Shown: positions 1-9,741, counted from the first letter of the stretch. The stretch: DNA of 64,000 bases from a virus (IMGVR_UViG_3300012983_000032:93793-157792); one strand, 5' to 3'. Made by a program: numbers and translations. The notes: generated from the sequence alone by a model not told the origin.

Positions 1-733
1 AGTCCAATACAAGATACATAGCACCTGGTACAAGTTTATCTGCTCTACCAAAGTATGTATTATCGGTTTGGGTCATTAAAGAGTCAATATGAAAATCATT
101 AGGTATTGTACCCTTATAAGAAATTTTTGTATTATTAAGTTGTGTTAATGCATCCTGTACATTATTTACTGCTAATCCGTCAACAGGTGCATAGTCAATA
201 TTTCTTGCCTCACCTGCAAACGCATTTATTTTAATGTAATCAATGTCTTCGGCATTTACATTACCTATGTTTTTACTTAGGTCAGGGGCTATCTTGTAGC
301 TGGCTCTTGTGATAAGAAGTATATCACCGTCCTTAAACCTGTCAGCCTCGAACTGTCCACCTGTGGCAGCCCAATTACTGAATACAAAAAAGTCTCCCTC
401 TCTTACATATTTGAACGTGTTATAGATATTACCATTTTCGTCAACTATACCTTTTTCAGATGTAATCTGTCCACGGTAAACCATTCCTTTGTAAGAACGT
501 TCACCTGCAATTGGCATAGGTGTAATATCGCTTAAATGTTCTGAAGGGATTAAGCTAGATGGACGACCAATATATAATGTACCACGGTCAAAAGGTATAT
601 CAGTTCTACGTCTATATCCTTTTTCTGCGTCATTTGAAATGTTCTCTGGTACCCAAAATAATTCTGCGTCTAAAAGGGTATTAGGGTCTCTTGCCGCTAA
701 ACTACCTCTAGCTACTTGTATTTCTGAAGCCAT
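1..733 (-). CDS. Partial (runs off window edge) virion structural/fibre-like protein
   Basis: Not in ORF track. ATG at 733 with SD AAGGAG (741-746 rc); frame open to position 1: MASEIQVARGSLAARDPNTLLDAELFWVP...GTLYIG...EGDFFVFS...FKDGDILL...NNVQDALTQL. These motifs are typical of phage fibre proteins and resemble neighbouring ORFs. Confidence 0.7.
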   Translation of the reverse strand, partial: MASEIQVARGSLAARDPNTLLDAELFWVPENISNDAEKGYRRRTDIPFDRGTLYIGRPSSLIPSEHLSDITPMPIAGERSYKGMVYRGQITSEKGIVDENGNIYNTFKYVREGDFFVFSNWAATGGQFEADRFKDGDILLITRASYKIAPDLSKNIGNVNAEDIDYIKINAFAGEARNIDYAPVDGLAVNNVQDALTQLNNTKISYKGTIPNDFHIDSLMTQTDNTYFGRADKLVPGAMYLVLD

Positions 734-796
734 CTATATTCTCCTTAAAAAATCCCAATAATAGTATATCAATTAGTGAAATATTTCGATAAACAT

Positions 797-2830
797 TTAT
801 TTATTCGAGTCTCTAAAAGATACCTTTAAATTTGAAAATTTAACTTCTTTGTTATTTGGGATTCCTACTTTTATAAATAAATCACCATTTAAAGTTTTAT
901 CACCGAAAGTATAATAATGTTTAATATAGCTAGAGTCATCCACTACTAAACAACCCTTATTATCTAATTCTAAAGGACTACCAACTCCGCCATAAGGGGT
1001 ATTCATATCTAACCAATCAGAATCTCCAACCTTACAAGCAAAAGTAGAAAAACTTAAAATAGCCTTAGTGTCAGGGTCAAAACTTAATCCCTCAGAGGAA
1101 GGTATTTCAAGATAAAATCCATTTTTATTTTCTATATTATATTTTAGTGTTACAAATCTTTCTGTTCCATCAATATCAGAATAGTCTGGACCTGTGGGAA
1201 CTAAGTCTATATAAAGTTTATTACCGTTAAAACTATAATCTCCTCTTGGCCATTGATACTGACCACCTAACATTTGGAGTTCATTTTTATATACAATACT
1301 TGCAGTAGAATCCCAAGTGTCTAAAGTTTCAGAGTCTACTCTGTTTGACTCATCACTCTTAGAGTCTACTCTTATTAAATACTCCAACTTTAAAGAACCA
1401 TTTTCTCCCTCAAGATTATAGGACTTTATTAAAGTTGGAAGAGTTTCAGAATAATAGTCCTCAGGAATAGTTATATCTACAGTTTCTACTGTATCTGGGT
1501 TAAAACTTCCATAATATTCTTTTGTTAAAATTTCCTGGTCATACAATTCACCGATAGTTAAATGACCCATAGTAGATTTCTTATATTTTTTAAGAGTTAA
1601 TATATTTGTCTGATATGACAATATATTTCCTACAACTACCGCAGGAACACCAGATATATATGCCTTAGGGCCTTTGAGATTTGTAAAGTAAGAATTTTTA
1701 ATTGTGGCATTTGGTGAAATATTATCAAGACCAACAATAAGTTCATTAGAACAAAACTCTACTATACCCTCAGAGTATTTCATTTTTATCTTAACATAAG
1801 GTGTTTTTGAACTTAGTACATAAGGTACTAAACTTGCAAGTATATCTAATGTTATGTGCATATTTACTGACTTATAATATGCGTGACCAACTATCTGGTC
1901 TTCGTAAGAGTTTATAATACTGTCTACTGTAAATGTTCCTACTAGACCTTCTTTTAAGTCATTTATAGAACATTTATAAACTTCATTATCATTTACTAAA
2001 ACAGAAACTTTTCCAAAAGAGTCGTCAGGCTTATAAAAAGTTGGAACCCTAATTTTTATTTCTTCGTGATTATTATCATATACAACTTGAATCTCAGGGT
2101 CAGTAGTAGTTAATAAACTTCCACGTATATCATTATCTCTTATTATCTCAAGGTCTTTACCTTCAAAAGTAGCAGGTGTTTTAGGAATAAGTTTTTTAAT
2201 AGTCTCATCAGTTGCAGTTAAGTTTTGGTCAACATACTTCTTTGTTGCAATCTGTAAAGGTTCTGTAGGTGTATACCCTGGCATCATAGGTACACTACCG
2301 TCAGTAGTAACTAATCCATTTGGTCCTTTTCTACCAATATATCTATAAAAAGAAACAGTAAATGGTGCCTCATATCCGTCAGGAAGTCCACCTATGAAAG
2401 AAAGAATACCACTTTCACCGTCTACTACCCATTGGTTAAGACCAAAAGGGATTATTTCTCCTTTAATATCTCTTAGTATAATGTCATAACCTTTTCCGTA
2501 AGAAGGGTCAATTGTGTCAATTAAAAGTTCATTATAAAATGAAGCAGGAGTACCTAAAACTTTAGACAATTCAAGATTGTTAATTTTCTCAAGCACCTCT
2601 GTTCTTACAGTACCTAGAGTAACAACGTACTTATTCTGAATTAAATTTGTAGGAGCCTCTAAAGGGATATAGTCAGAGTCTACCCAAAGGGAAGACATAG
2701 ATATTCTACGAGAAATTGAACCCTCTTCTTCATACCAAGCTAAATTAGAATTAGTATTTGGCTTTTGTTTAACAGCATTCTTAAATGCTGCCTCCATTAT
2801 AAACTTTTGATATTTACTTAGACCACTCAT
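797..2830 (-). CDS. Virion structural protein, modular fibre-like paralogue family
   Basis: 677 aa. N-terminal FG-x3-W-x2-D-x3-GIL-x-F...SFYRYIG domain shared with 32597..33448 and 33448..37896; ATKKYVD fibre motif; C-terminal WLDMNTPY...TFG...IKVGI domain shared with 2814..5135 and 33448..37896. Confidence 0.65.
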   Translation of the reverse strand: MSGLSKYQKFIMEAAFKNAVKQKPNTNSNLAWYEEEGSISRRISMSSLWVDSDYIPLEAPTNLIQNKYVVTLGTVRTEVLEKINNLELSKVLGTPASFYNELLIDTIDPSYGKGYDIILRDIKGEIIPFGLNQWVVDGESGILSFIGGLPDGYEAPFTVSFYRYIGRKGPNGLVTTDGSVPMMPGYTPTEPLQIATKKYVDQNLTATDETIKKLIPKTPATFEGKDLEIIRDNDIRGSLLTTTDPEIQVVYDNNHEEIKIRVPTFYKPDDSFGKVSVLVNDNEVYKCSINDLKEGLVGTFTVDSIINSYEDQIVGHAYYKSVNMHITLDILASLVPYVLSSKTPYVKIKMKYSEGIVEFCSNELIVGLDNISPNATIKNSYFTNLKGPKAYISGVPAVVVGNILSYQTNILTLKKYKKSTMGHLTIGELYDQEILTKEYYGSFNPDTVETVDITIPEDYYSETLPTLIKSYNLEGENGSLKLEYLIRVDSKSDESNRVDSETLDTWDSTASIVYKNELQMLGGQYQWPRGDYSFNGNKLYIDLVPTGPDYSDIDGTERFVTLKYNIENKNGFYLEIPSSEGLSFDPDTKAILSFSTFACKVGDSDWLDMNTPYGGVGSPLELDNKGCLVVDDSSYIKHYYTFGDKTLNGDLFIKVGIPNNKEVKFSNLKVSFRDSNK

Positions 2831-5135
2831 CTATTGACTCCTCTATTGAATCTACTAGACCTTTCAAGTCTATAGAACTCTTAACACCAATTCTTACAAA
2901 CAAAAATCCTTCTTTTATATTTGGTCTCTGACCAAATGTTATTTGTCTTTTATATTGTGTAGACTTAAATAAGTCTAGTCCTGCAAAATCCAACCCTTCT
3001 GCTGCACCATAACCACAATATGGTATATTTCCATTTACCCAAACACTAGGTACGTCTGTGTCACTTTGTGCAATAAATAATTTTATATCCTGTAAAGTTC
3101 CATTCTTATTCAATTTAAATAAAGAACCATCTTCTTTTCTAACTGCCAAGTTAACATTACCTATATAAGTTGAAGGTATTTTTAAGTTTATCCAATAATA
3201 GTCAGTAGTCGGATAAATACTATAGTCTGCCCCACCTTGAGCAGAATTATCTGACTTATCAACCACTGCAATATTATTCTTTATAACCAATTCATACTTA
3301 GGGATTGGTTTATTTGACTCGTATGGAAATAACTGCCTTGCTGCAATAACAGCAGGTGTTTGGTCAGCATATTCATTCTCTAACCTTACTCTGTATTTTT
3401 CAACAGTTGTTTCGTCCCAAGATAATTCAGGTGTATAGAACTTATTTTCTACTTTATCACCCTGTATACTGTAAGCAGTACATTTTATCTCCATTTTAGA
3501 AGTATTATCTTTAGAAACTTTAATTTCCTGATTTACAAAATAAATATTTCCACCGTCTATTCTCTTTGGTTTAACAGAAATCTCTGGTCCGTTATTTATT
3601 GTGTAGGTCAATGCCTTTGACGGAATAAACCTACTGATATATGCCTCAGATAAAACAGGCGTAAAGGATATACAATCTCCCTCAATATATTTATACTTAC
3701 TAATACCTGAAACCCAGAAATTATTTTTTGGGTATTGCAAATTAGAAACATCTAATTTTGGTTTAGTATTTTGATAAGTTACAAATTTTGCAGTTTTTGT
3801 TTTATAAGACTTGTCTTCAAAAGAGTGTACAAAGAAAATTGTATGATACCCCTCTTTAAGACCACTACAGTCATATGACACTTTCATTGACTGATATTTA
3901 CCCATATACATAGGAGTACCAAACCAAGAATCTCTCATTTCAGTCATTCTGAAATTACCTTGTTTACAAAGCATAGTAGTATTATCAAACTTTACCGACT
4001 GAGCAAGTTGGTCATCAATATAAACTTTTAACTCACCATAATTTGCTGGATAGAAAAAGTCTTTTGTACTTACAATAGCGGTTGTGTCTGCAGTTACTTC
4101 CTGCAAAGTATCCTTATCTAAAACTTTTGTTTCTTTAGGATATACAACTTCTAGGTCTGTTAAGTCTAAATGTCCTGGTTCTGGAACTTCGGCTTCACTT
4201 AAAGCATTTTCGAGTTTATCAAGTCTTTTATTAACTTCCTTAAACTCTTTATTCATTATGTTAATAGAATAACCAATTGTTTGACTTGTAAAATTCCATC
4301 TACCGTCAGAGAAGTCTCCCTGCAAAGGTTGATTTGAAGCCCAAACATTTGCAATATTCTGATTTAAGTCTGTTATATCGTCCATTTTATGCTGGTGTTT
4401 TTGTATACCAGCAGCAACGGCAGATAATTGACCATTAGAGTTCAAAACTATTGTAGTACCGTCAATAGGGATGTCTTTAACATTAAGAGAAGAGTTAGAG
4501 TTCATTATATTTATAACAAACTCTTTAAGGTTCTCTATTTGTGATGCGTCGTGTGTATGACTACCACAAGATAAGTCTTCTATAGTAGCACCACCTATTC
4601 CTCCACCACCACCGCCAATTACGGTCATTTCCCCAAACTCGTTTTGGGATAAAGTTAAACCATCATAATTAACTTCGGAAGAAATAGTTTTAGTTTCTTC
4701 ATCATAAGTTGTTTTTATAGAAGAAAAAGTTCTATTTTGGAACATTCCCCCTACTATATCTTTAATAAAAGGAACTAATGCACTCTGGTCAATATCTGTA
4801 AAAGTGTGTTTATGTTTAGGTAGGTCTTTTTCTTCAAGATAATCTGCACCAATAATATTACCAGAATTATCAAGTCTAAATCTTGTGTATATACCAGGGT
4901 CAGGATTATTTGCAGACGAAGTACCATTAAAGACAGAGATTCCACCACTTGTTTTGAACCAACTGCCTACACCGTCTTTCTTGAGATATACTAACCAATC
5001 ACCTTCATTAAAAGAAATATCAAGTCCGTCTATACTACCACTATCCGTAACAAGCCACATTCCATAATCTGTGTCGTCTTGTATTTTTGGGAGAACTAAA
5101 TCTGTCGGACTCCAGGAACTTATGATATTATTCAT
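2814..5135 (-). CDS. Virion fibre-like structural protein with HxH motifs
   Basis: 773 aa. HKHTFTDI, HTHDASQIENL and HQHKMDDITDL (HxH trimer metal-binding fibre motifs); DGxT...GQL repeats; shared C-terminal WVNGNIPY...TFG...VRIGV domain. Confidence 0.65.
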   Translation of the reverse strand: MNNIISSWSPTDLVLPKIQDDTDYGMWLVTDSGSIDGLDISFNEGDWLVYLKKDGVGSWFKTSGGISVFNGTSSANNPDPGIYTRFRLDNSGNIIGADYLEEKDLPKHKHTFTDIDQSALVPFIKDIVGGMFQNRTFSSIKTTYDEETKTISSEVNYDGLTLSQNEFGEMTVIGGGGGGIGGATIEDLSCGSHTHDASQIENLKEFVINIMNSNSSLNVKDIPIDGTTIVLNSNGQLSAVAAGIQKHQHKMDDITDLNQNIANVWASNQPLQGDFSDGRWNFTSQTIGYSINIMNKEFKEVNKRLDKLENALSEAEVPEPGHLDLTDLEVVYPKETKVLDKDTLQEVTADTTAIVSTKDFFYPANYGELKVYIDDQLAQSVKFDNTTMLCKQGNFRMTEMRDSWFGTPMYMGKYQSMKVSYDCSGLKEGYHTIFFVHSFEDKSYKTKTAKFVTYQNTKPKLDVSNLQYPKNNFWVSGISKYKYIEGDCISFTPVLSEAYISRFIPSKALTYTINNGPEISVKPKRIDGGNIYFVNQEIKVSKDNTSKMEIKCTAYSIQGDKVENKFYTPELSWDETTVEKYRVRLENEYADQTPAVIAARQLFPYESNKPIPKYELVIKNNIAVVDKSDNSAQGGADYSIYPTTDYYWINLKIPSTYIGNVNLAVRKEDGSLFKLNKNGTLQDIKLFIAQSDTDVPSVWVNGNIPYCGYGAAEGLDFAGLDLFKSTQYKRQITFGQRPNIKEGFLFVRIGVKSSIDLKGLVDSIEESIDEWSK

Positions 5136-5139
5136 ATAA

Positions 5140-5146
5140 AATTAGT
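5140..5146 (-). promoter_or_regulatory. ACTAAWT putative late promoter motif (representative copy)
   Basis: Exact or one-mismatch copies recur upstream of starts at 771, 5140, 7530, 8984, 10270, 20334, 24963, 31464, 37932, 58395, 62571 (minus) and 12515, 15887, 24983, 39162, 39275 (plus); related ACTATTT at 10304 and 39095. Confidence 0.65.
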
Positions 5147-5188
5147 ATTCAAATAGACCCTAATTAAATTTTTATAACTAAAAATAGA

Positions 5189-5206
5189 GGCTGCCATACG
5201 GCAGCC
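5189..5206 (-). terminator. Rho-independent terminator
   Basis: GGCTGCC-GTAT-GGCAGCC stem followed by TCTATTTTT on the minus strand, just after the stop of 5214..6056. Confidence 0.75.
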
Positions 5207-5213
5207 AATATTA

Positions 5214-6056
5214 TTACTTTTTGCGATTAAAAATTTTTAGTCTAAACTTCTTTTTCTTAGGAGTATTTTCCTCAGACTTCTTATTTTTTACGTTCAACAT
5301 CCTATCTCTTATAACCTGCATTGCAATTCCTCTAGGTAAAAACATAACCTCATCAATATTTAAGTCTACTTTATTGTCACGTTCAAACTTTCTTATAAAC
5401 TCCCAAGTATTTTCAGAGATACCAAACATATTGGGGAATATCTCAATAAATTTGGTATTAACTTTTTTAATAAAAAGGTCCTTAATGTCTTGGTCTTTTA
5501 CATAAAGTTTTATAACGATATCTATTTCATCTCTTAAAGAACAAACACAGTCCTCTTTGGGTAAGTCTCTTTCATAAACGTCGTCTATTCTTTCAACAAT
5601 TGTGTCTATCTCTTTTTCACAAGAATATAATATATCTTTACAGTAATCTATTACTTCCCTTACGTCATTTTGTTGTGAAAAAGTAATAGTCTTTTCTATA
5701 AAATCATCAGTTAATTCTACTTCAATAGACGTTCCCTTAAGGTCAATATTTGTCTTGTACTTATTTTTACCTAGAAGTCTTTTTACAAGAGTATTACTAT
5801 CTAATAAAACCCAGCCAGAATTATATTTTTCTGCCTTGAAATTTTTTCTACTAAAGACATCTTCTGTATAGCCATTATCACTAATGGTAGATATAACTTT
5901 TAATGTCATAGGCCCTGACATTACTCCATCTACCCCACCTACACTCTTGGTTTGACAAGACATCTGTATATATCTATTTCTTGGCCAAGAAGTATGTGTT
6001 AAAACAAGGCTATAAGGGTCTTTAGATAGTCCTTTAAGACCCTCATTTAATGTCAT
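5214..6056 (-). CDS. Hypothetical protein
   Basis: 280-aa ORF, SD GGAG upstream, 4-nt overlap with the upstream gene, basic C-terminus. Confidence 0.6.
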   Translation of the reverse strand: MTLNEGLKGLSKDPYSLVLTHTSWPRNRYIQMSCQTKSVGGVDGVMSGPMTLKVISTISDNGYTEDVFSRKNFKAEKYNSGWVLLDSNTLVKRLLGKNKYKTNIDLKGTSIEVELTDDFIEKTITFSQQNDVREVIDYCKDILYSCEKEIDTIVERIDDVYERDLPKEDCVCSLRDEIDIVIKLYVKDQDIKDLFIKKVNTKFIEIFPNMFGISENTWEFIRKFERDNKVDLNIDEVMFLPRGIAMQVIRDRMLNVKNKKSEENTPKKKKFRLKIFNRKK

Positions 6057-7459
6057 ACTACATCTCCTTCCTTATCACAAGGTTTAGTTTTTAATTTATT
6101 ATAATATTCATTTAAGTTATCATTAGATAGAACATATTTTCCAATAGGCTTACCAGAACAATTTCCATAAAGGTCAACATGTCTTAAACTCTCTACTTCA
6201 CCTTTTTGAGTATTTAATTCATACATAATTGTAGAAACTTTCTCTTTTAGCTTATTCCAAGTTTTCAAATCTGTATTGTTCCCGTCTTCATATTCGGATA
6301 ATTTTGACTTTGACTTGATTAATTTCGATTCAAGATTTTCAAGTTTACCCATTGCAGACATTATCTTTAGACTGAACTTTTCACCATATCGTTTATCTAA
6401 ACTTTTAGAAAATTCCTTATTTTGGATTTTATCAAGAATCTTTTTTTCTTCTGCCTTTTCTTTTGCAATTTCTTCTGGTGTCTTTTCAGGTTCAGAAACA
6501 TCTTCTTCAGAATGAGACTGCCAATTTAAGTCTTTAGAATCCTCACACTCTTTATATATTTCAGGATGACTACTATCTTCAAAAAATCCACCAGACGTAT
6601 TATCCCCTGAACAAAAAAATGTATAATCGGGGTTCTCAAATAAGTTATATATATTTTCTAGGCCTTCCAAAGGGTCTTTTATACTAAATTCAACCCCAGA
6701 TATATTTTCTATTGATTTCTCAATACGTTCTGAAACAAATAGTGTCCCATAAGAATTATCTGTAGACTTGTATTTTGTAATAGTATTTGTTACACTTGAA
6801 ATTACCTTTTTTCTTGTAAAAATATCACTTTGTGCAATGGTACAAAGTTCTTTAATTGCGTCTTTTATAGAGTTTTTTAAAAAGATTTTATTGGTAATTA
6901 AATTAAAATTATCCAATGTATTTTTTAATATTAAAAAATAATATAAAATATTTTCATTTTTAAAGTCTTCTTCGTCTATAATATTCTTATTTGCAACAGA
7001 ACTTTTAAGTCTCCAATCCGCAGCTGTCATATATTTATCGTAATCTATAAATAAATTCTCTCTTTCTTCTAAATTTAATTTAGAGAATTTCTTATTAATC
7101 TGAGTATTATTTAATTTACGCCATTTTTTAATATAAACATTATCACCAAGGTCTTTAATTTTTGTGTCAAAATAGATATCATTAATCTCTCTTGCAACCT
7201 TATTAAAAGATAACTTTTCACGGGATTGTTTTTGTGTTTGATTATTTTTCTCGATTAGTTCTTGATGTGCAAACTCACGATAAGATTTGATAAAATCATT
7301 TGATACCCAACCTAATTTCACTCTTCTGATAATATCCTTTTTTTCTTGATAAGTTAAAGGTTTTGAACTAGGTTGCCAACTAGATAAACTTAAGTTATCC
7401 CCAAAATTGCCAATGGACATACCGTCCCTAATAGCAGACTCCAAGTCTCTATTTTTCAT
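6053..7459 (-). CDS. Hypothetical protein with C-terminal coiled coil
   Basis: Track start 7507 is a TTG; ATG at 7459 (MKNRDLE) has AAGGAG upstream and is more likely. Confidence 0.6.
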   Translation of the reverse strand: MKNRDLESAIRDGMSIGNFGDNLSLSSWQPSSKPLTYQEKKDIIRRVKLGWVSNDFIKSYREFAHQELIEKNNQTQKQSREKLSFNKVAREINDIYFDTKIKDLGDNVYIKKWRKLNNTQINKKFSKLNLEERENLFIDYDKYMTAADWRLKSSVANKNIIDEEDFKNENILYYFLILKNTLDNFNLITNKIFLKNSIKDAIKELCTIAQSDIFTRKKVISSVTNTITKYKSTDNSYGTLFVSERIEKSIENISGVEFSIKDPLEGLENIYNLFENPDYTFFCSGDNTSGGFFEDSSHPEIYKECEDSKDLNWQSHSEEDVSEPEKTPEEIAKEKAEEKKILDKIQNKEFSKSLDKRYGEKFSLKIMSAMGKLENLESKLIKSKSKLSEYEDGNNTDLKTWNKLKEKVSTIMYELNTQKGEVESLRHVDLYGNCSGKPIGKYVLSNDNLNEYYNKLKTKPCDKEGDVV

Positions 7460-7563
7460 ATATTTTCTCCTTAACACGTAAAAGTATCCGTCTATTATAA
7501 CGCCCAACGTAGGCTAACCGTGTTTAAGAATTTAGTGAGGATATGTAAATTTCAAACTTTCAA

Positions 7564-7890
7564 TTAAGATAATTGATACCCTGGGAGTTTTCCTAATAAG
7601 ACAGCGGGGCCTATTGTGTAGTCGTCTATACGCAGCATCAAAATTTGTTTCCACAAATTATACTCTTTCAGTGCTTGAGCTTTAACTACCTTAGCAACAG
7701 TTCCACAACAATCGAAATACTTGGAATCAACTATTTCACCTTGTGCGTTCAAATGACAAAGAATTAATCCTCTGTCATTTCCAATAAAACTACAGAGATA
7801 GATACCTTCACCGTCTCGTCTCTCTCTGTGTTTCTGAATCTTAACACCTAGCATTGTTAGGTTATTTGAAATATTTCTTCCTTTTCCCAT
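7564..7890 (-). CDS. Hypothetical protein
   Basis: About 108 aa; ATG at 7890 (MGKGRN). Confidence 0.55.
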   Translation of the reverse strand: MGKGRNISNNLTMLGVKIQKHRERRDGEGIYLCSFIGNDRGLILCHLNAQGEIVDSKYFDCCGTVAKVVKAQALKEYNLWKQILMLRIDDYTIGPAVLLGKLPGYQLS

Positions 7891-7942
7891 TAACAACTGG
7901 GGTAGAGGTTCTACCCCATACTCCCAAAAATAAAGATTTAGA

Positions 7943-8449
7943 TTACCAAATTACAAATTCAACTTCTTTCTTATTCAAAATAAACTCAAAGTTTAAATTG
8001 TTTTTAGAAATAAAGTCTACTATTTTATCAGGCATTGTGTCAGTAAAATCTTCATGAATAAAGTCATTTTCCTTTTCAGAAACTTCATCATTCAAAATAA
8101 ATACTGCTTTATTACCTTTTGTTCTTTCGTCTTCTTTTATTTCTACTGTTTCTACAGTATAGTTTGTTTTTGTGTTAATATTATTTTTCCATGTGTCAAA
8201 GTCTTCCTTAAATGGATTAAGGTCAAACTTTTCTTCATAAAGTCTTTCTTTAGAAATAGAATCAAAATCTACAGGTTCTTCATTCTCATTCAAAAGGGCA
8301 GACTGTTTAGCAATACTACTAAAATCTAGTTTACCCTCTGGTACAGACTCCTGTAAAACTTCAGTCTTTGTTTCTTCTGGTTTTCTAAAACCACAAGAGT
8401 TTCCAAAAATATAATTTGATTTTAACGACTCTCTAATTGCTTCATTCAT
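7943..8449 (-). CDS. Hypothetical acidic protein, possible internal head protein
   Basis: 168 aa, SD AAGGAG; repeated L-x-E motifs and an internal repeat (LDFSSIAKQ / VDFDSISKE). Confidence 0.55.
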   Translation of the reverse strand: MNEAIRESLKSNYIFGNSCGFRKPEETKTEVLQESVPEGKLDFSSIAKQSALLNENEEPVDFDSISKERLYEEKFDLNPFKEDFDTWKNNINTKTNYTVETVEIKEDERTKGNKAVFILNDEVSEKENDFIHEDFTDTMPDKIVDFISKNNLNFEFILNKKEVEFVIW

Positions 8450-8472
8450 CTATAGTCTCCTTTAATATTTAA

Positions 8473-8979
8473 TTAGTATGAATCTACTGCCAAAATAGCT
8501 TCATCTAAAGAATGTGCAGTAATGGACTGTCCTTCTGTTACATCTTTTAAATGACGGCGGGCAAGTTCATTATTTCTATCCTCTATACTAAAATTATTAC
8601 ACTTCTTAAATCTTGCATTATTCATTAGCAAGTCTAAAAGTTGATTTTTTCTTTTCTTAATATTATCACAACTTGCATAAAAAACAAAATGTGGGTTATC
8701 TTGATAACAACCACCACGAATTAGTCCCCTAGAATATGCCAAGTCCATTAGATTTCTCCAAAAGTCGTCAAATTCTTCAATATCCCAAGGATTAAAGAAA
8801 CTATCCTGTGCGTCCTTAATTGACTCATATCCATTTGCCTTAACAAACTCTTCCATTAGTTCCTTAGGAATACCTACTTCGTCATAATGGAATAATAAGA
8901 AATAACAATGACAGTCTTCTTCATAGAGTGATACTATTTTATTATCATAAAACCAAAAAGAGTCTTCATTTCTTCCCAT
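8473..8979 (-). CDS. Hypothetical protein
   Basis: 168 aa; ATG 4 nt downstream of an ACTAATT motif, no SD. Confidence 0.6.
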   Translation of the reverse strand: MGRNEDSFWFYDNKIVSLYEEDCHCYFLLFHYDEVGIPKELMEEFVKANGYESIKDAQDSFFNPWDIEEFDDFWRNLMDLAYSRGLIRGGCYQDNPHFVFYASCDNIKKRKNQLLDLLMNNARFKKCNNFSIEDRNNELARRHLKDVTEGQSITAHSLDEAILAVDSY

Positions 8980-8985
8980 AGTAAA

Positions 8986-9741
8986 TTAGTGAATACCTAA
9001 CCTTTCTTGAGCAATCTTAAAATACTTTTCTTCCAACTCTACCCCAATAAAATTACGATTAGTATTTTGACAGGCAACTCCTGTACTTCCTGACCCCATA
9101 CTATTATCTAATACGGTATCACCCTCATTTGAATATGTACGTATTAGATATTCCAAAAGGTCTGTTGGCTTTTGAGTTGGGTGTAATTTACCATTTCTAT
9201 TAGGTACTACATTGAATTCCAAAACATTTGAAGGTTGAACCCAGTCTGGGTCATATCTCTTTTTAACCTTTTCCAACTTCAAATGATTACTATCCCCACA
9301 ATAATGGTCATAGTTATAACAGGCTTTTCCTACACCTACACGAGGTTTCATTATAGGATTATAAGTAGGTTGTTTTCGATAAAAAACACAAATATCTTCA
9401 TAATATCTCATTGGTTGATATTTTGATGAAGCCATCCCCGTAGGGACATTCTTTTTCCAGACTAGTCTATACTTAAAATTACTACGATTACTATTTATTA
9501 AGTCAACTGTAAATAAACCTGCACTAAATAACACAAAAGCTGCATTTTCTTTTGCAACACGATTATATTCTGCCCATAACGGTTCAAATGGAATAATATT
9601 ATCCCAAGTTAATGTGTCCGATTTTAACTCTCCATAAGGTAAGTCACATAATACCAAATCAACAGAATTATCTGGGATAGTTTTCATTATATCTAAACAA
9701 TTTCCCAAGTATAAATGAATTTCACTATTCATATTCATCAT
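8986..9741 (-). CDS. Beta-class N6-adenine/N4-cytosine DNA methyltransferase
   Basis: GNCLDIMKTIPDNSVDLVLCDLPYG (motif IV DLPY), HPTQKP, VLDNSMGSGSTGVA (motif I), FIGVE. True start is probably the ATG at 9741, 9738 or 9732, overlapping the upstream stop. Confidence 0.92.
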   Translation of the reverse strand: MMNMNSEIHLYLGNCLDIMKTIPDNSVDLVLCDLPYGELKSDTLTWDNIIPFEPLWAEYNRVAKENAAFVLFSAGLFTVDLINSNRSNFKYRLVWKKNVPTGMASSKYQPMRYYEDICVFYRKQPTYNPIMKPRVGVGKACYNYDHYCGDSNHLKLEKVKKRYDPDWVQPSNVLEFNVVPNRNGKLHPTQKPTDLLEYLIRTYSNEGDTVLDNSMGSGSTGVACQNTNRNFIGVELEEKYFKIAQERLGIH

